63,425 bases of DNA, filler included, from Reclinomonas americana ATCC 50394 (GCA_048213135.1; 8 parts of 5 records of this genome joined end to end with filler, not necessarily neighbours in it); one strand, 5' to 3'; positions 9,793 to 23,703 are shown, counted from the whole stretch's first letter. Notes: generated by a model not told the origin, from the sequence alone. Made by a program: numbers and translations.

Positions 9793-12700
9793 TTAACGCG
9801 GTGACGTCCACCAAGATCCTCCTCCGTCAGCACGAGGCGATGGAGTGGATGGGCTGCCTGAATTGGTGGGCGATCCACCCTTTCTGAGTAGACTGCTGAC
9901 ACTGGTGGGGGATCGTGACGCTGGGGACTGTCGTCTTGCCTTCGCCAGCGCCTCGCGGATCGACAATGGCATCGCAGCGGCCGTCGGCGACCTCGTTGTT
10001 GGCGACGTCGGCGATATTGGCGACGAAGGTTCTGGCATCTGAACCGGGACTGCTTCATCCACACTGATGCCCGACTCCACCACTACATCCTCGTCGTGCA
10101 CGGTCCCTTCGACATGAACTGGAGGTGCCGATGCCGTGAACAGGTCGGCCGATGATGGCGGAGTCAGCTGAGACATTGGCGTGTGCGCGTGCTCAACGTG
10201 CACCGCAGATCGAGCGAGTCCCGTGCGCTTGCTGGCCTACACACCACAATGACAGTCAATAAACATAGTATGCATGTGCAAGGCAGAGAATACACGCAAC
10301 TGGCACAGTTGCTGTCTCCTCGAACACTAAATGGCACACACTGTTGAGCAAGTGCGTCACAGACATAGTGTCGCCGACTGAAGAAAACGCAAACCTATCT
10401 CATCTAGAGCGACTGTCGCTGGCTCGGTAACCGCCCTCCTCGGCATGGCACTTCGCAGTGCACCAGCGGCAGCCGACACATGCTCCGTGGCCACTGGCGG
10501 TTCTACTGCCACCTTCCTCGGCATGGCACTTCGCAGCGCACCAGCTGCTGCCGAAACATGCTCCGTGGCCACTGGCGGTTCGATCTGAGTCTTCCTCGGC
10601 ATGGCACTTCGTAGTGCACCAGCGGCAGCTGATACATGCTCCGTGGCCACCGGCGGTTCGATCTGAGTCTTCCTCGGCATGGCACTTCGCAGTGCACCGG
10701 CGGCAGCCGACACATGCTCCGTGGCCACTGGCGGTTCGATCTGAGTCTTCCTCGGCATGGCACTTCGCAGCGCACCAGCGGCAGCTGATACATGCTCCGT
10801 GGCCACTGGCGGTTCGATCTGAGTCTTCCTCGGCATGGCACTTCGTAGTGCACCAGCGGCAGCCGACACGTGCTCCGTGGCCACTGGCGGTTCTACTGCC
10901 ACCTTCCTCGGCATGGCACTCCGTAGTGCACCAGCTGCTGCCGACACATGCTCCGTGGCCACTGGCGGTTCAATCTGAGTCTTCCTCGGCATGGCACTTC
11001 GTAGTGCACCAGCGGCAGCTGATACATGCTCCGTGGCCACCGGCGGTTCGATCTGAGTCTTCCTCGGCATGGCACTTCGTAGTGCACCAGCGGCAGCCGA
11101 CACATGCTCCGTGGCCACTGGCGGTTCTACTGCCACCTTCCTCGGCATGGAACTGCGCAGCGCACCAGCTGCTGCCGAAACATGCTCCGTGGCCACTGGC
11201 GGTTCGATCTGAGTCTTCCTCGGCATGGCACTTCGTAGTGCAGCAGCTGCTGCCGATACATGCTCCGTGGCCACCGGCGGTTCTACTGCCACCTTCCTTG
11301 GCATGGCACTTCGCAGAGCTCCGGCGGCAGCCGACACATGCTCCGTGGCCACTGGCGGTTCTACTGCCGCCTTCCTCGGCATTGCACTTCGTAGTGCACC
11401 AGCGGCAGCCGACACATGTTCCGTGGCCACCGGCGGTTCGATCTGAGTCTTCCTCGGCATGGCACTCCGTAGTGCACCAGCGACAGCCGACACGTGCTCC
11501 GTGGCCACTGGCGGTTCTACTGCCACCTTCCTCGGCATGGCATTTCGCAGTGCACCAGCGGCAGCCGATACATGCTCCGTGGCCACTGGCGGTTCGATCT
11601 GAGTCTTCCTCGGCATGGCACTCCGTAGTGCACCAGCTGCTGCCGACACATGCTCCGTGGCCACTGGCGGTTCAATCTGAGTCTTCCTCGGCATGGCACT
11701 TCGTAGTGCACCAGCGGCAGCTGATACATGCTCCGTGGCCACTGGCGGTCCTACTGCCACCTTCCTCGGCATGGCACTCCGTAGTGCACCAGCGGCAGCC
11801 GACACATGTTCAGTGGCCACTGGCGGTTCGATCTGAGTCTTCCTCGGCATGGCACTTCGCAGTGCACCAGCGGCAGCCGACACATGTTCAGTAGCCACCG
11901 GCGGTTCGATCTGAGTCTTCCTCGGCATTGCACTTCGCAGTGCACTAGCGGCAGCTGACACGTGCTCCGTTGCCACCGGCGGTTCTACTGCCACCTTCCT
12001 CGGCATGGCATTTCGTAGTGCACCAGCGGCAGCCGACACATGCTCCGTGGCCACTGGCGGTTCGATCTGAGTCTTCCTCGGCATGGCACTCCGTAGTGCA
12101 CCAGCTGCTGCCGACACATGCTCCGTGGCCACTGGCGGTTCAATCTGAGTCTTCCTCGGCATGGCACTTCGTAGTGCACCAGCGGCAGCTGATACATGCT
12201 CCGTGGCCACTGGCGGTTCGATCTGGGTCTTCCTCGGCATGGCACTCCGTAGTGCACCAGCGGCAGCCGACACATGTTCCGTGGCCACTGGCGGCTCAAT
12301 CTGAGTCTTCCTCGGCATGGCACTTCGCAGCGCACTAGCGGCAGCCGACACGTGCTCCGTGGCCACTGGCGGTTCTACTGCCACCTTCCTCGGCATGGCA
12401 CTTCGTAGTGCACCAGCGGCAGCCGACACATGCTCAGTAGCCACTGGCGGTTCGATCTGAGTCTTCCTCGGCATGGCACTTCGTAGTGCACCAGCGGCAG
12501 CTGACACATGCTCCGTGGCCACTGGCGGTTCGATCTGAGTCTTCCTCGGCATGGCACTTCGCAGCGCACCAGCGGCAGCCGACACATGTTCCGTGGCCAC
12601 CGGCGGTTCGATCTGAGTCTTCCTTGGCATTGCACTTCGTAGTGCACCAGCGGCAGCTGATACATGCTCCGTGGCCACTGGCGGTTCGATCTGAGTTTTC

Positions 12701-14248
12701 CTCGGCATGGCACTTCGCAGCGCACCAGCNNNNNNNNNNNNNNNNNNNNTTCGTAGTGCAGCAGCAGCTGCCGATACATGCTCCGTGGCCACTGGCGGTT
12801 CTACTGCCACCTTCCTCGGCATCGCACTTCGCAGAGCTTCAGTGGCAGCCGATACATGTTCCGTGGCCACCGGCGGTTCTACTGCCACCTTCTTCGGCAT
12901 GGCACTTCGCAATGCACCAGCCGCTGCCGACACGTGCTGCGGTGCCACAGGTCCCAGTTCCGCAGACGATGCTCCGGTCTTGGACGGAACCACCGGAGAA
13001 AATGCACTTGCCTCAGCATGATTGCGCGCGGCCGCCAGCCTTGGCGACACTGCAATGAACACAATCGAATGAGCTGTATCAACGCAAGCCTGAATGGAAC
13101 GAAAACAGTAGCCATACCGTGGTTTCGCCGCAATGGCATCGAATTTCGAATCGTGGCCGCGACTCCGTGAATGTCGACTGCACGCAACAGATGAGTACAG
13201 GATTACTCGGCGACAATCACGTGCGTGTCAACTGCGACTCACAGACTCGATCCTCGGCCAGCTTCAACTCACGCTCCGTGTTCGCACCACCCTCAGTTGG
13301 ACTCTCCACACTATCAACTGGAGTGCTTTGCATTCGCGAACGGGGGTCCACGGGCAGCGCCATCGCACCAGCAGCAGCAGCAGCATCGGACACAGCAATC
13401 TACGCGCAGATGCTCGTGAGCACAACCGGCGCGCCTGTGCTCTTCCAGCATGAAGCAATTACAAACCTTGTGTTCGTCAGCGGGTGGTGTTGGTTCGCGG
13501 GAAAAGTGAGTATTCTTCTGCAACAGAGCACGAGTTTCCGCCGCCTTGGCAGCAGCTGCGGCTGCCACTGACGAGCTCGCATTGTTCGACTTGCTGGCGT
13601 CGCTTTCAACTGCACGACAAACGAAAAGATTGTTCAGGCGCGGCATGGTTGCATGGCGCACACTTTGCGACCCAAACCGACCTGCTGCGATTTGCGCCCG
13701 GGTCTGCGCGCTGTAGTGCTTCAACAGTTGCAGTCGGAACTGTCGCCGTCGCCTTGACTCGTCATCGGCATCTCGTACCCGGTCAACCGGCACCGGCACT
13801 CCTGAAACGCTGATGTTGGCCTCCGGCCGTCGTGAGGGAGGCGAGATCATGTGAATCGACATGGCCTGCTGCGGCGACGACTCGCGCGTGCTGCTTCCGT
13901 CCACGACGGGCGACTGCTGCTGCCAGACCACAGGAGAACTGCGCTGCGTGGACGTGCGCGACATCTGGGGAGTCGCAAGTGACAACAGCCCCTCGGGGTC
14001 GCTCAGCGGGCTCAACGTCGACGAGCGATTCTTCTCCAGCGACGCTCGAATGTCCACCACTTGCGTGATGATTGGTGGCGGTTCGACGGCGGCTTGATTG
14101 GCCTCCTTGCTGCGAGGCGAAAGCAGCGCCAGCCGCTCAAGCAACACCGACCGATCACGCGGAGACAGCAACTGTGCACCCTCGGCGACAACGCCTGGCG
14201 ACACGCAATCGATTCCGTTAGCGCTCCAACCAACTACTTGCAGATGAT

Positions 14249-14289
<41 letters not shown>

Positions 14290-15232
14290 TCGTTGACGCG
14301 CACCGTGACCGCCAATTAGAGCCACCTCCTCCTCCTCGTGAGACGTCGCATCGACTTCCACATGCGTATCCAGTCCGTTGACAAGCTTCAGGGGCGGCGG
14401 GAGGCGCACAGCATCTGCAGCCGCATTGGCAGCGTGCAGCAACTGTGCGGCCCGTTCCTGGTGCTCTTGCAGCGCCTGCTCCGGACTCCGCGGCACTACA
14501 GCTGCGCGTGTCGACGGCAGCACTGCAGGCGCTGGAGGTGGAGCCGGCGACTGTGACGCGGCCGACTCACTCGTCGCAGACGGCTGCGACTGATCATCGT
14601 GCTCCTCCTCCTCGTCACCTCGATCCATGAGTTGCCATCGCAGGAACCGAGTCACATCACACAGCACGCTGGAGGAGAACACTTGCTGCACCTCATCGCC
14701 CGCTCGTACTGGTGGCGCACTGGCCGTTCGCTGCCGCAACGCGTCGATACGCCCGTGCTCGCTGAAATCCAAGAGCGACGCCACATCGCACTCAATCGTG
14801 TCGAGTCCCTGCGCCGATACGTGAGCCACACACACACACGCACACTCACACACATGTACACGCTCTCACCACTGAGGCGGCACACGCGGCAGCCACCATC
14901 GATCGCGGATCACTCTGCTGCGCAGCGATAAACTCAATGCCCCGAGTCGCTGGCATTGTCAGTGCACGCGACTGCATGGCATGTTCCACAGCCGCAACGG
15001 AAGACCACGGTTGCTCGAAGAACCAGCGTGCCCGCTGTCCCATTCGCACACGCAAGTCGTACAGCGAAAGCAGGGCCGCCGAACTGCATCCACAGGCCCG
15101 CACACTCGTCAGCGGACATGTATGCGTGTGTGATCGCATCGACACGTCTCTCTCTCACACACACACATACACAAGAGATATGCACAGAGGAAACGGACGA
15201 CTCAACTTGGCCAATGACTCTTCTTCGTCCAT
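9793..15232 (-). CDS. Multi-exon hypothetical protein with a C-terminal 26-aa tandem repeat array and S/P-rich ends
   Basis: Probable ATG at 15232 (MDEEESLAKLSR). Coding-like exons near 14870-15090, 14320-14810, 13625-14240, 13200-13600 and 10400-13050; stop at 9793. Exon boundaries only partly resolved. Confidence 0.65.
10430..12945 (-). repeat. Coding tandem repeat, 78 bp / 26 aa (PRK[TQI/VAV]EPPVATEHVSAAAGALRSAM), about 32 copies, with an internal N gap
   Basis: Period of 78 (cggcatggca at 10441, 10519 and onward). Most differences between units are synonymous on the minus strand. Confidence 0.95.
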
Positions 15233-15452
15233 GGTCGAGAAATCAGACGAGGTGGGAGCCAGTCAATCACCAAATCTTCTGAGTCTTCTTTTCCGTCTTT
15301 ATCGTATTCCTCTGTCGCGTAATGTGCACTGGCCTGCCACAGAGGCACGTTTGTGCACCTGCCACGCGCTTGAAAGGCGAAGCGTTCTGTCGTTGTGATA
15401 AAAAATGACGTCCCACGGGACTTCCATCATACATTGGCGCGACGTTGCAATC

Positions 15453-18400
15453 TCATTCCACGCCCAGCGGGCCCAGCATCGGCAAATTAAGCAGAACGGA
15501 ATCCGATATGCCTTCACAGTCGTCCACGGTGCATCCCCGGAAGTCGTGCGCGTGCGCCCCGACGACATATTGAGTGACAAAACTGATGCACGATACAAGA
15601 CGATGAGTTTTGCGAGCGGTGCAAGAAAAGACACAAAGCATACCTGCAAGGCTGCACTCGCAGTGAACCATCCGAGGTGGCCAAGGAAACCTGCTGACCG
15701 TCCAGCGACAGTCCGCGGTTCGTGACTCTGACTTCTTTCTCTCGCTGTCGTCGAGCCGAGTGCGGCGACACGCGCCACCGCAAACAGGTGTTGTCGAGCG
15801 ACCAGCTGACCACCGACTTGCCACCGTCGACGACTGTCAAGGCCATCACAGCGTCCTTGTGATCTCGATGCACCGGGCGCACCATTCTAGCACGAATGCA
15901 ATTCCACACACACACCCGGTGATCGTCGGAGCCGCTGACCACTGTCAAGCCATCGGGAAGGATGGCCACAGTGCGGACAAGGGCCGTATGGCCAGAGAAC
16001 TGCGAGATCTGGGCGCGCGTCTCAAGGCACCACACACGCACGGTCGTATCGGCCGATCCACTGACCACAAACCCATTGTAGCCGGTGAAGGCCACACAGG
16101 TGACGGCGTCGGTGTGGCCGACAAAGTGCGCAATCTGTTCACCCGTCGGTACCACCCACACCCGCACGGTGCGGTCGGTCGACCCACTTGCCAACATCGG
16201 CGTGCACATGTCACTCTTCTCGGTGCCGCAAAAGTCGAGCGAGGTGATGTGGCCACGATGTCCGTCCAGTTGCTGCACTTGTCGTGCCTCGTCTTGCATC
16301 AGCTCATTGGTGTGCGTGTGTGGCAGTAGCCACAGGCGAATCGTCATGTCGCGCGAGCCACTCGCCACTAGCCAGCGCGAGTGCCGCGCGAACGCCACGG
16401 CAGTAATTGTATCCGTGTGGCCACGCAGCTGAACTGAGTGCTGCACCTGGCTGTACGCACGGTCCTGCGAGGGCGGTGGTGGCCACGACCAAACACACAC
16501 AGTCTTGTCGTCACCGCCGCAAGCGATAAGTGAACGGTACGGTGACACGGCGGCGCAGCGTGGCCAGTCGTCCAGGCCGACCAGCTCGTGCATCGTTGCA
16601 GTGCCAGTCGACCACACGTACACAGACTGCTGACCGGCCACCACTACCACGTACTCGCCCTCCGGAGACAAGGCGGCACTGTGGATTTGGTCACTCTGCA
16701 TATCCTCAGCATAGATCAACTTGGCATCGCCGAGAGCCCACTGTCGAATCGTCGAGTCCGTGCTGGCCGAGAGCAAGTAGCACGAATCGCCTGGAATCAC
16801 CACGAGGCCACGAATACTTTCAGAATGGCTCTCACACCTCGCAACCTCACTGTTGGTGGCGATATCGGTGACTACAACGTGCGTGCTGATGCCACCGGAC
16901 ACCAGGTACTGCTTCTCTGCGTCGTAATGCAGGCGACGCAGGCCTCGGCTATTGTGATTGCAGTTGATCTTGATGACATCGTCGCCGGAGGCTGTCTCAT
17001 TCACCGTCCACATGTGAATCTCGCCATTGTCAGAGGCACTGATGACGCGCTTGTTGTCGCCAACAAATGTCAGCGCCATGATCCAGTCTGAGTGCACGCC
17101 CGACAGCGTAAATAGCAACTCAAAGGAGTGGGAATCATACACCCGCGCAGTCCTCGCGCGCCCACCGACGACAAATCGACTCCCATCGGGCGACACGGCC
17201 ACTGCTTCCAGGAAGTAGCCGTCACTGACCGGGATGCTGTGCAACTGCTTGCCTAGTTCGACAGACGACACTCGGATGACATAGTCGTCGCCAACTGAGA
17301 TCACGGTCTTGCCGTCATGCATCATCGCCAGGCCGCGAACGTAATCAGTGTGCTCACTTATGCAATGACGCTCAGCACCAGATTCGACACTCCAAACTCT
17401 AACCGTGCGGTCGAAACTGCTGCTGACTACGACTGAGTCGTTCAGCGCAAATGCCACTCCCGACACCTCCTTTCCGTGTCCTTCCATCTGATGCATGATC
17501 TCAAATGTGTCGCGTCGCCACACAATGACCGTGAACGGATCGGACATGCCAGTCACCAAGAATACGCCGCTGGAGGACGAGGCGAATGCGGTAATGCCGC
17601 AAGGTGTCGAAACATCGTTGATCTCTTCTCCACTAACCAAATAGGACATGCGAATGGTCATGTCGCGAGAGACCGAGATCATGCGGCCACCGCAAGTGGC
17701 GACCGAGGTCACTGCTTGAGCGTGTTCGGAGACCTCTTGCAAGAGAGCACCAGTTGTGCGCGACAACAACCGGACAACACCGTCGTCACACCCAACAACA
17801 ACTGTGCTGTCATCGACACACAGGGCCAGCGCGTGCACACCTCCCGGCGATGGTGTTATCGACAACTGCTGCACCTGAAGGTGCGAACTGCAACACCACA
17901 CGCGCACCGTGTCGTCAAGGGCACCACTTATTACAAAGTCGGCATCTTTGGTCACGGCCACACTAGTAACGCGCTGCGTGTGTCCACAGAATCGCTGCAA
18001 CAGACGACCCGACTGCGCGTCCCACACACCAACACTGCAGTCGGCGGATCCCGTAACAAGCTTCTCACCGGTGACGGAGAACGCCACGGCATGCACAGCG
18101 CCCTCGTGGCCGTTGAGAATGAACTTGAGAGGCTCTTCGTCGCCGACATCAATGGCCCACACACGAACGGTGTTGTCCGAGGAACCACTGGCAATCACAG
18201 TGCCGCTGCGCGAAACAGCCACACACAGAACCGATCCTTCGTGGCCACGCAGTACCTTCACCGAAGTGCCGTCACGAAGCCACAGACGGACCGTCATGTC
18301 ATCCGCACCACTCACAAACGACATTCCGTCGGGCGCCACGGCAACACCATTCACAGCAGACTTATGGTCCGTGACGACGGTCATCAAGTTGAGCACACCA

Positions 18401-21400
18401 TCCGCACAGTCGTGCACCAAGAGGACGCCGTCGGCAGCACCACTAACAACAAACGACATGTCGTCGGGTACCGCAACACACGTGATGCAGTCCCGGTGGC
18501 CGGTGATGCGGTTCGAGTATGGAACTGGCGAGCGATACCAGACTCGAATAGAGTTGTCGGCCGACGCCGTCACCACGCTGTTACCACCTGCAGACAAGTC
18601 TGCACTCCACACACGCTCATTGTGGCCACATAGCTCCTCCAGGAGGGTACCCTTGACACGTGACCAGATGCGCGCAGTACAATCGGCAGACGACGACATG
18701 ACCACGGTGCTGTCGCGCGAGAGGCGGACCGATGTGATGTTGTCCGAGTGTCCCTCAAACACGTGCAGCTGATCGCCGGTCGCCACATTCCACAATCTGA
18801 CAGTTGAATCCGCACTTCCCGAGACCAACAACGTTCCATCCCTCGAAAAGTCCAGACTGCGTACGTACTCATCGTGCCCTTCAAACAGACGAAGAGGATC
18901 CTCAGCTGACCCATCCAACGACCACAGTCGAATCTTGCAGTCGTCATACCCAGCGGCCAGCATGCGACCGCTGTTCGGTTCATACACGACACCCATGACG
19001 TCGCCCGCCGACGCCGGCGCCGTAAACCTGATAACTGGCTCATCAGTGGACGCATCGTCAACCTGCAGCACACGCACACAATGATCGCGTGCACCGAATG
19101 CCACCTGTCGCGCGTGTGGAGAGAAGCTGACGTGGAACGGAATCAGATCACCGTAGTTGTACAGTCGAAGGCAGCTGCCGGTCTCCCGCGACCAGATGCG
19201 AACGGTGGAGTCGACTGACGAAGTGGCCAGCAGGAGACCGTCGGCAGAGAACGCAACGTACGTGACGACGTCGGTGTGGCCCTCGAACACTTGTAGTTGA
19301 GTAGCTGAGGTGCGTGACCACACTCGCATTGTTTGGTCATCGGAGACACTGGCAAAGAACTCGCCATCGGGTGAGAAGGCGACTGCGTTCACCTCGCGAC
19401 GATGACCATTGTTGAGCAGAGCCGAAGTCTCGCTCTTCTTCTCGTATGGCCACACACGGACCGTGCAGTCATCCGAAGCACTGATTACGTGACTTCCGTC
19501 CGAAGTGAACATGACCGAGTTCACGCTCTCGCTGTGACCCTCCAGGGTGCTGATAACTGCACGCTTGGAACGAGACCACAGAATGATCGTTTTGTCCTGG
19601 GAACCACTGACTATCAGCGAACCGTCCGGGGAATAGGCAACAGATCGCACGGGTCCAGTGTGACTTTGGATCTCGTGCTGGCACACCAGGTGCGTTCCTC
19701 TCACAGCCCACAGTCGAACTGTCTGATCGTCACCACCGGTGGCAATCTGATCGCCGTCAGGTGAGTAGGCGACACACTGCAGCGCCTTGTCTACAACACA
19801 AGAGATGGATGTGCTGCGCACTGCGGTCGTCGTAGCCAGCTTCCACACGCGTAGCGAACAATCGTCAGAGACACTGGCCAGACGAGTTGCGTTGGGCGCA
19901 AACTTGACACCATTCACCGCGTCCCTGTGCTCCGCAAGAGTGTGCAGCAACTGCGCCTCCTCGTCTGCAACCGAAAACACTCGAATAGTACCGTCGCTAC
20001 ATCCCACGGCAATCACGGAGCTGTCGGCAGAGATGCTCAGACACAAGCCACAGTTATCGCCAAGTTCAGCCGTCACGAATGCCTCTTCATCATCACGCCT
20101 CGTCAGACGCAAAGTCCAATCATCAGAGGTGCTGGCGAAGAAGGTACCGTCGGGTGCGTATGCCACTGCGCGTACCGACTCGAGGTGATCTCCGTAGGCG
20201 CCCTCCTCGTCACCAGACTCACGACTCCACAGTCTCACAGTTGAGTCCTCGCCGCAACTGACAATCAGACTTCCGTCAGGCGACAGATCAACGCCGTACA
20301 CAGCACCGTCGTGGCCAACCAATGGAAACAGTGGCAAGCGAGCATCGAGGAGATTGGCACCCGTAAAGTCTGTGTTTGCACACAGCGCAGAACGGAGATT
20401 CGTCCTTGACAAGTCGGCTCGCTGCAAAAGCGCTCGGTGCATGACAGCGTAACGCAGGTCAGCGCCGCTAACAGCAATGTCGCTCAGATCCAACGCCGAA
20501 AAACTTCGTCCGGCAGTCGACAACACTGCGAATCACCGCGGGTTGAGACACAGGAGCATCGGAGAAGGAAGACGATGAAAATATTCACCCGTCATTGCAT
20601 TCGCACTGGCCACGCCCAAGAGTGCTCGGCGCTTTGGATCGCGCGTGGCGAGCACGACACTCTGCAGGTCACGCGCAAACTGCGACTCTTGACCTGTCCT
20701 GGAGTCCCACACCCAATTGGAGAGAAACATCAGCACGGCAATCTGCGAACGAGTTAAATCACAAGTAAAAGTTACCGGCGGTGCAACATTGAGCACACAC
20801 ACCTCTTCGTCGATCTGCCGCGCTCCAAAGAGGGTTGTGCTGAGTTGTTGATCGTGGACTTCAGCCTCGGTCTGCAAACACAACTGTCAGCGTCAGTAAC
20901 GGAGGAATCACTATCATGCGCGTTCGCACCGCCGGCATGCTGTGCTCCCTTGAGGCAAAGGACACGTTGCTGAAGGTGATGTGGCGACCAACGTTGTGGC
21001 TCCAGTTGGCCACCGCTCGCTGGCAACGCAGTGCCGCAAAGTATTCCAGGAACGACTTGTGGAAGAAGCGGTAGCCACCCTCACGCAGCGGGCGTAACAG
21101 CGCCTGCAGCAACAGCAAGTGAGTAAGCGAGCGCTTGTGCGCAACAAACACCAGACACGCATGCGAACCGATTGCCGCAAGACGGTTTCACGCTCATCAC
21201 GCGGCCGGCCAAAGTACGTAATCCACACCGCATGCGCACCGAGGAGAGCACGCGCGTGAGCCCTCGTCGCTTTGTCGCTTGTTGACGAGAGAATGCTGGC
21301 CAGTTCACTTAGACGGCTTTGTGGCTGTGTGTGAGAATGACAAGTGTCAGCTACGCAGAAAAAGCGACCGCCGAGCAACGTCGCACCACTCACCAATCGT

Positions 21401-23603
21401 TGAATATCTTGTGCTGGGATCAAGAGCAAATCGTGCGCCAAGGACGCACAAAATTCCTCCATTTCTAGCAGTACATCCTCGTCGGGAGCAAATGCCTGCA
21501 GAAATGGTAAGGCCCGAGTGCCACAGACTGCCTGCGGGCATTGACAGACTCACGCTGGCGACTTTCTCGGCATGGTGCTTCAGCTCCCACTCGAACCACC
21601 ACTCCGTGAATGCTTGGTACACATCGGCACGAGTGACCGTGCTAAAAGTGACCCCTGATCGGCGCTCGTGCAGTCGCGGCAGCACGCGCATAATCATACT
21701 GAGCGTGATGGGCTGCAACACCAAACAACTCCCGTGTCAGCATGTCTCCTCCGCGTGCCAACGAGTTTGGTGGACGGAGTAGCGCACCGTGCGAGAGAGT
21801 TCGTCGAGACCAGGCACTGACTTGATGGCATTCTTGTAATCAAAGTTGACGGCCCACTGGCCCGTGGACTGTTGCATGCGCGAAAACCTGCCAGGAATTC
21901 GTACACATAAGCTAGGAAACTGGGTCGACGGGGAAGCTGCGTGACAACGACGAAACTGATCGAGAAACGTGTCCACTTGATCCGCCGTGAACTCACGCAG
22001 CACAATCTGCTCGTAGCTGACAGCGAGTCTATCCGCGTTGGCAAACACCTCCGCACGCGATGTCTCGCTAGCGAGTGTGCTGAAAAGTTCATCGCAGCGG
22101 TTGCCGAGCTCGTGAATGTACTCGAGACGGCACGAGATCACAAGCACCAGGTTCGGCCATTGCTCTAGTTGGTGTCGCCTGAACAGGTTGACCGGTGTCT
22201 TTAGCTCGTCGAAGCCGTCCATGATCAGCACGAAACGCCAGCCACGGTCGTCAATCATCGCAGCCTGGTCGGCCACCACGTCAATCGCATGCAACTCGCG
22301 AGGATCGTTGACTCGCCAAGAACACAACGCACCTCGTCAACAGAAATGCCGCCAGCCCGACGCAGCAAGTACGGCATCAGCGCCCCCTCCTTCTCCAGTA
22401 CCATCGACGGGATAGCTGGTAGCCGTGAGAAGAGTGGAACCATATTTTCGTGTTTCAGCCAAATCTGTTCCTCCATGTTGCGAACAAATGTGCTCTTGCC
22501 GGAGCCAGAGCGACCAATGACCAGCAGGACCTGTATACGAGCATACAATGAGAAAAGTGCACGCTATGCGAGTGCGCACGCACAGACACTCTGCGAGAGA
22601 AACACCTGACGACGACTTGAAGGGGAAAGGAATTCAAGGAGCCGGTCCTCGGCCAGCTGAGCTGCCGCCAGACCATTCTGTGACTCGTACTCCTTGATGG
22701 TGCGATTCGATTGCAGGGGAATCTATGGCAGCGTATTAGCAGAACTCCATTGGCACAGTAAAGAGCGCTCTGAACCTCACCGTATTCAGCGAGATCAGCC
22801 GGGACAGCTCGTCGTCGCCTTCCTTCTCCTGTCGGATACGCTCCAATGCCGCCGTCTTGACGAGAGAAATCTTGTCGTGCAGCACCACAGGCAGCCGCGA
22901 GTTGACGCTAACAGATCTGGGTCGTTGTAGGAAATCACCCTCCGCACCCTGCGAGCCACGCGCCGCGCTACTGGCCGGCACCAATGGCAACGGGGGAGTC
23001 ACGCCACCATCCACAACGCCGCTCGCCTGTACAAGCGGCGACGGGGAAGAGGGTCGTGACTCCCCAATCGACTCGGTGGCTGGGAGGTCGTCATCCCAGT
23101 CGTCGTCGTTCGCAGGCTGGCCAATAGGCGCCGGAACGAAGCGCAGAGAAGACCATGCAAAGGCCGGCCTCTCTTGCACAGCATTGTCCGACAATTCCTC
23201 CGTGGTCTCTTCGCTGTCGGACGATGTCTCGCTGCAGGAAGTATCGTCTGCAGAGGGTGACGATGGCGGTGATTCCTCGGGGTCGACAAGTGGAGCAGGC
23301 GTTTCGTCGACTTCCACTGTCACATCCTCCGCCGACGCTGCGTCTTCTGCTTCCACCTCATCATCCACTGGCGATGGTGATTGCTGTGGAGTTGTGCAGT
23401 GCAGATCATCAGCTGCTGCATCGTTCTCCACCTCTTCGACCGGCGGCGTTGACCTCCGTGGCATCGCACTGCGCAGTGCATCCGCTGCTGCTGCCACATG
23501 CTCCGTTGACGGAGCTGCTGCTGTTGAATCCACCTTCACCTGCTCGACCGGCGGTGCGGACCGCCGTGGCATTGCGCTGCGCAGCGCACCAGCCGCCGCT
23601 GTC
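15453..23603 (-). CDS. NLR-like NACHT + pentapeptide + WD40 protein, 5' end truncated by a gap
   Basis: Walker A GRSGSGKST, Walker B VLIMDGFDE, ISCR, winged-helix FFHKSFLEYFAA, ANAMT.LS followed by pentapeptides (GADL, RADL, RTNL, GANL), then more than 30 GH...WD-type repeats. Last exon ends HDFRGCTVDDCEGIS...LGVE-stop at 15453. Confidence 0.9.
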
Positions 23604-23703
23604 NNNNNNNNNNNNNNNNNNNNNNNNNNNNNNNNNNNNNNNNNNNNTTAATTAATTAANNNNNNNNNNNNNNNNNNNNNNNNNNNNNNNNNNNNNNNNN
23701 NNN
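23604..23703. other. Artificial contig linker (N-TTAATTAATTAA-N); also at about 29691, 37565, 48390, 55852, 58209 and 61938
   Basis: The same six-frame-stop 12-mer appears padded by Ns at every site. Confidence 0.97.

Noticed and set aside
10430-12945. 78-bp array as a CRISPR-like array
   Set aside because: It has no unique spacers, maintains one open reading frame with synonymous variation, and lies in a eukaryotic context.
23648-23659. Recurrent TTAATTAATTAA palindrome
   Set aside because: It is an assembly linker and is always embedded in Ns.
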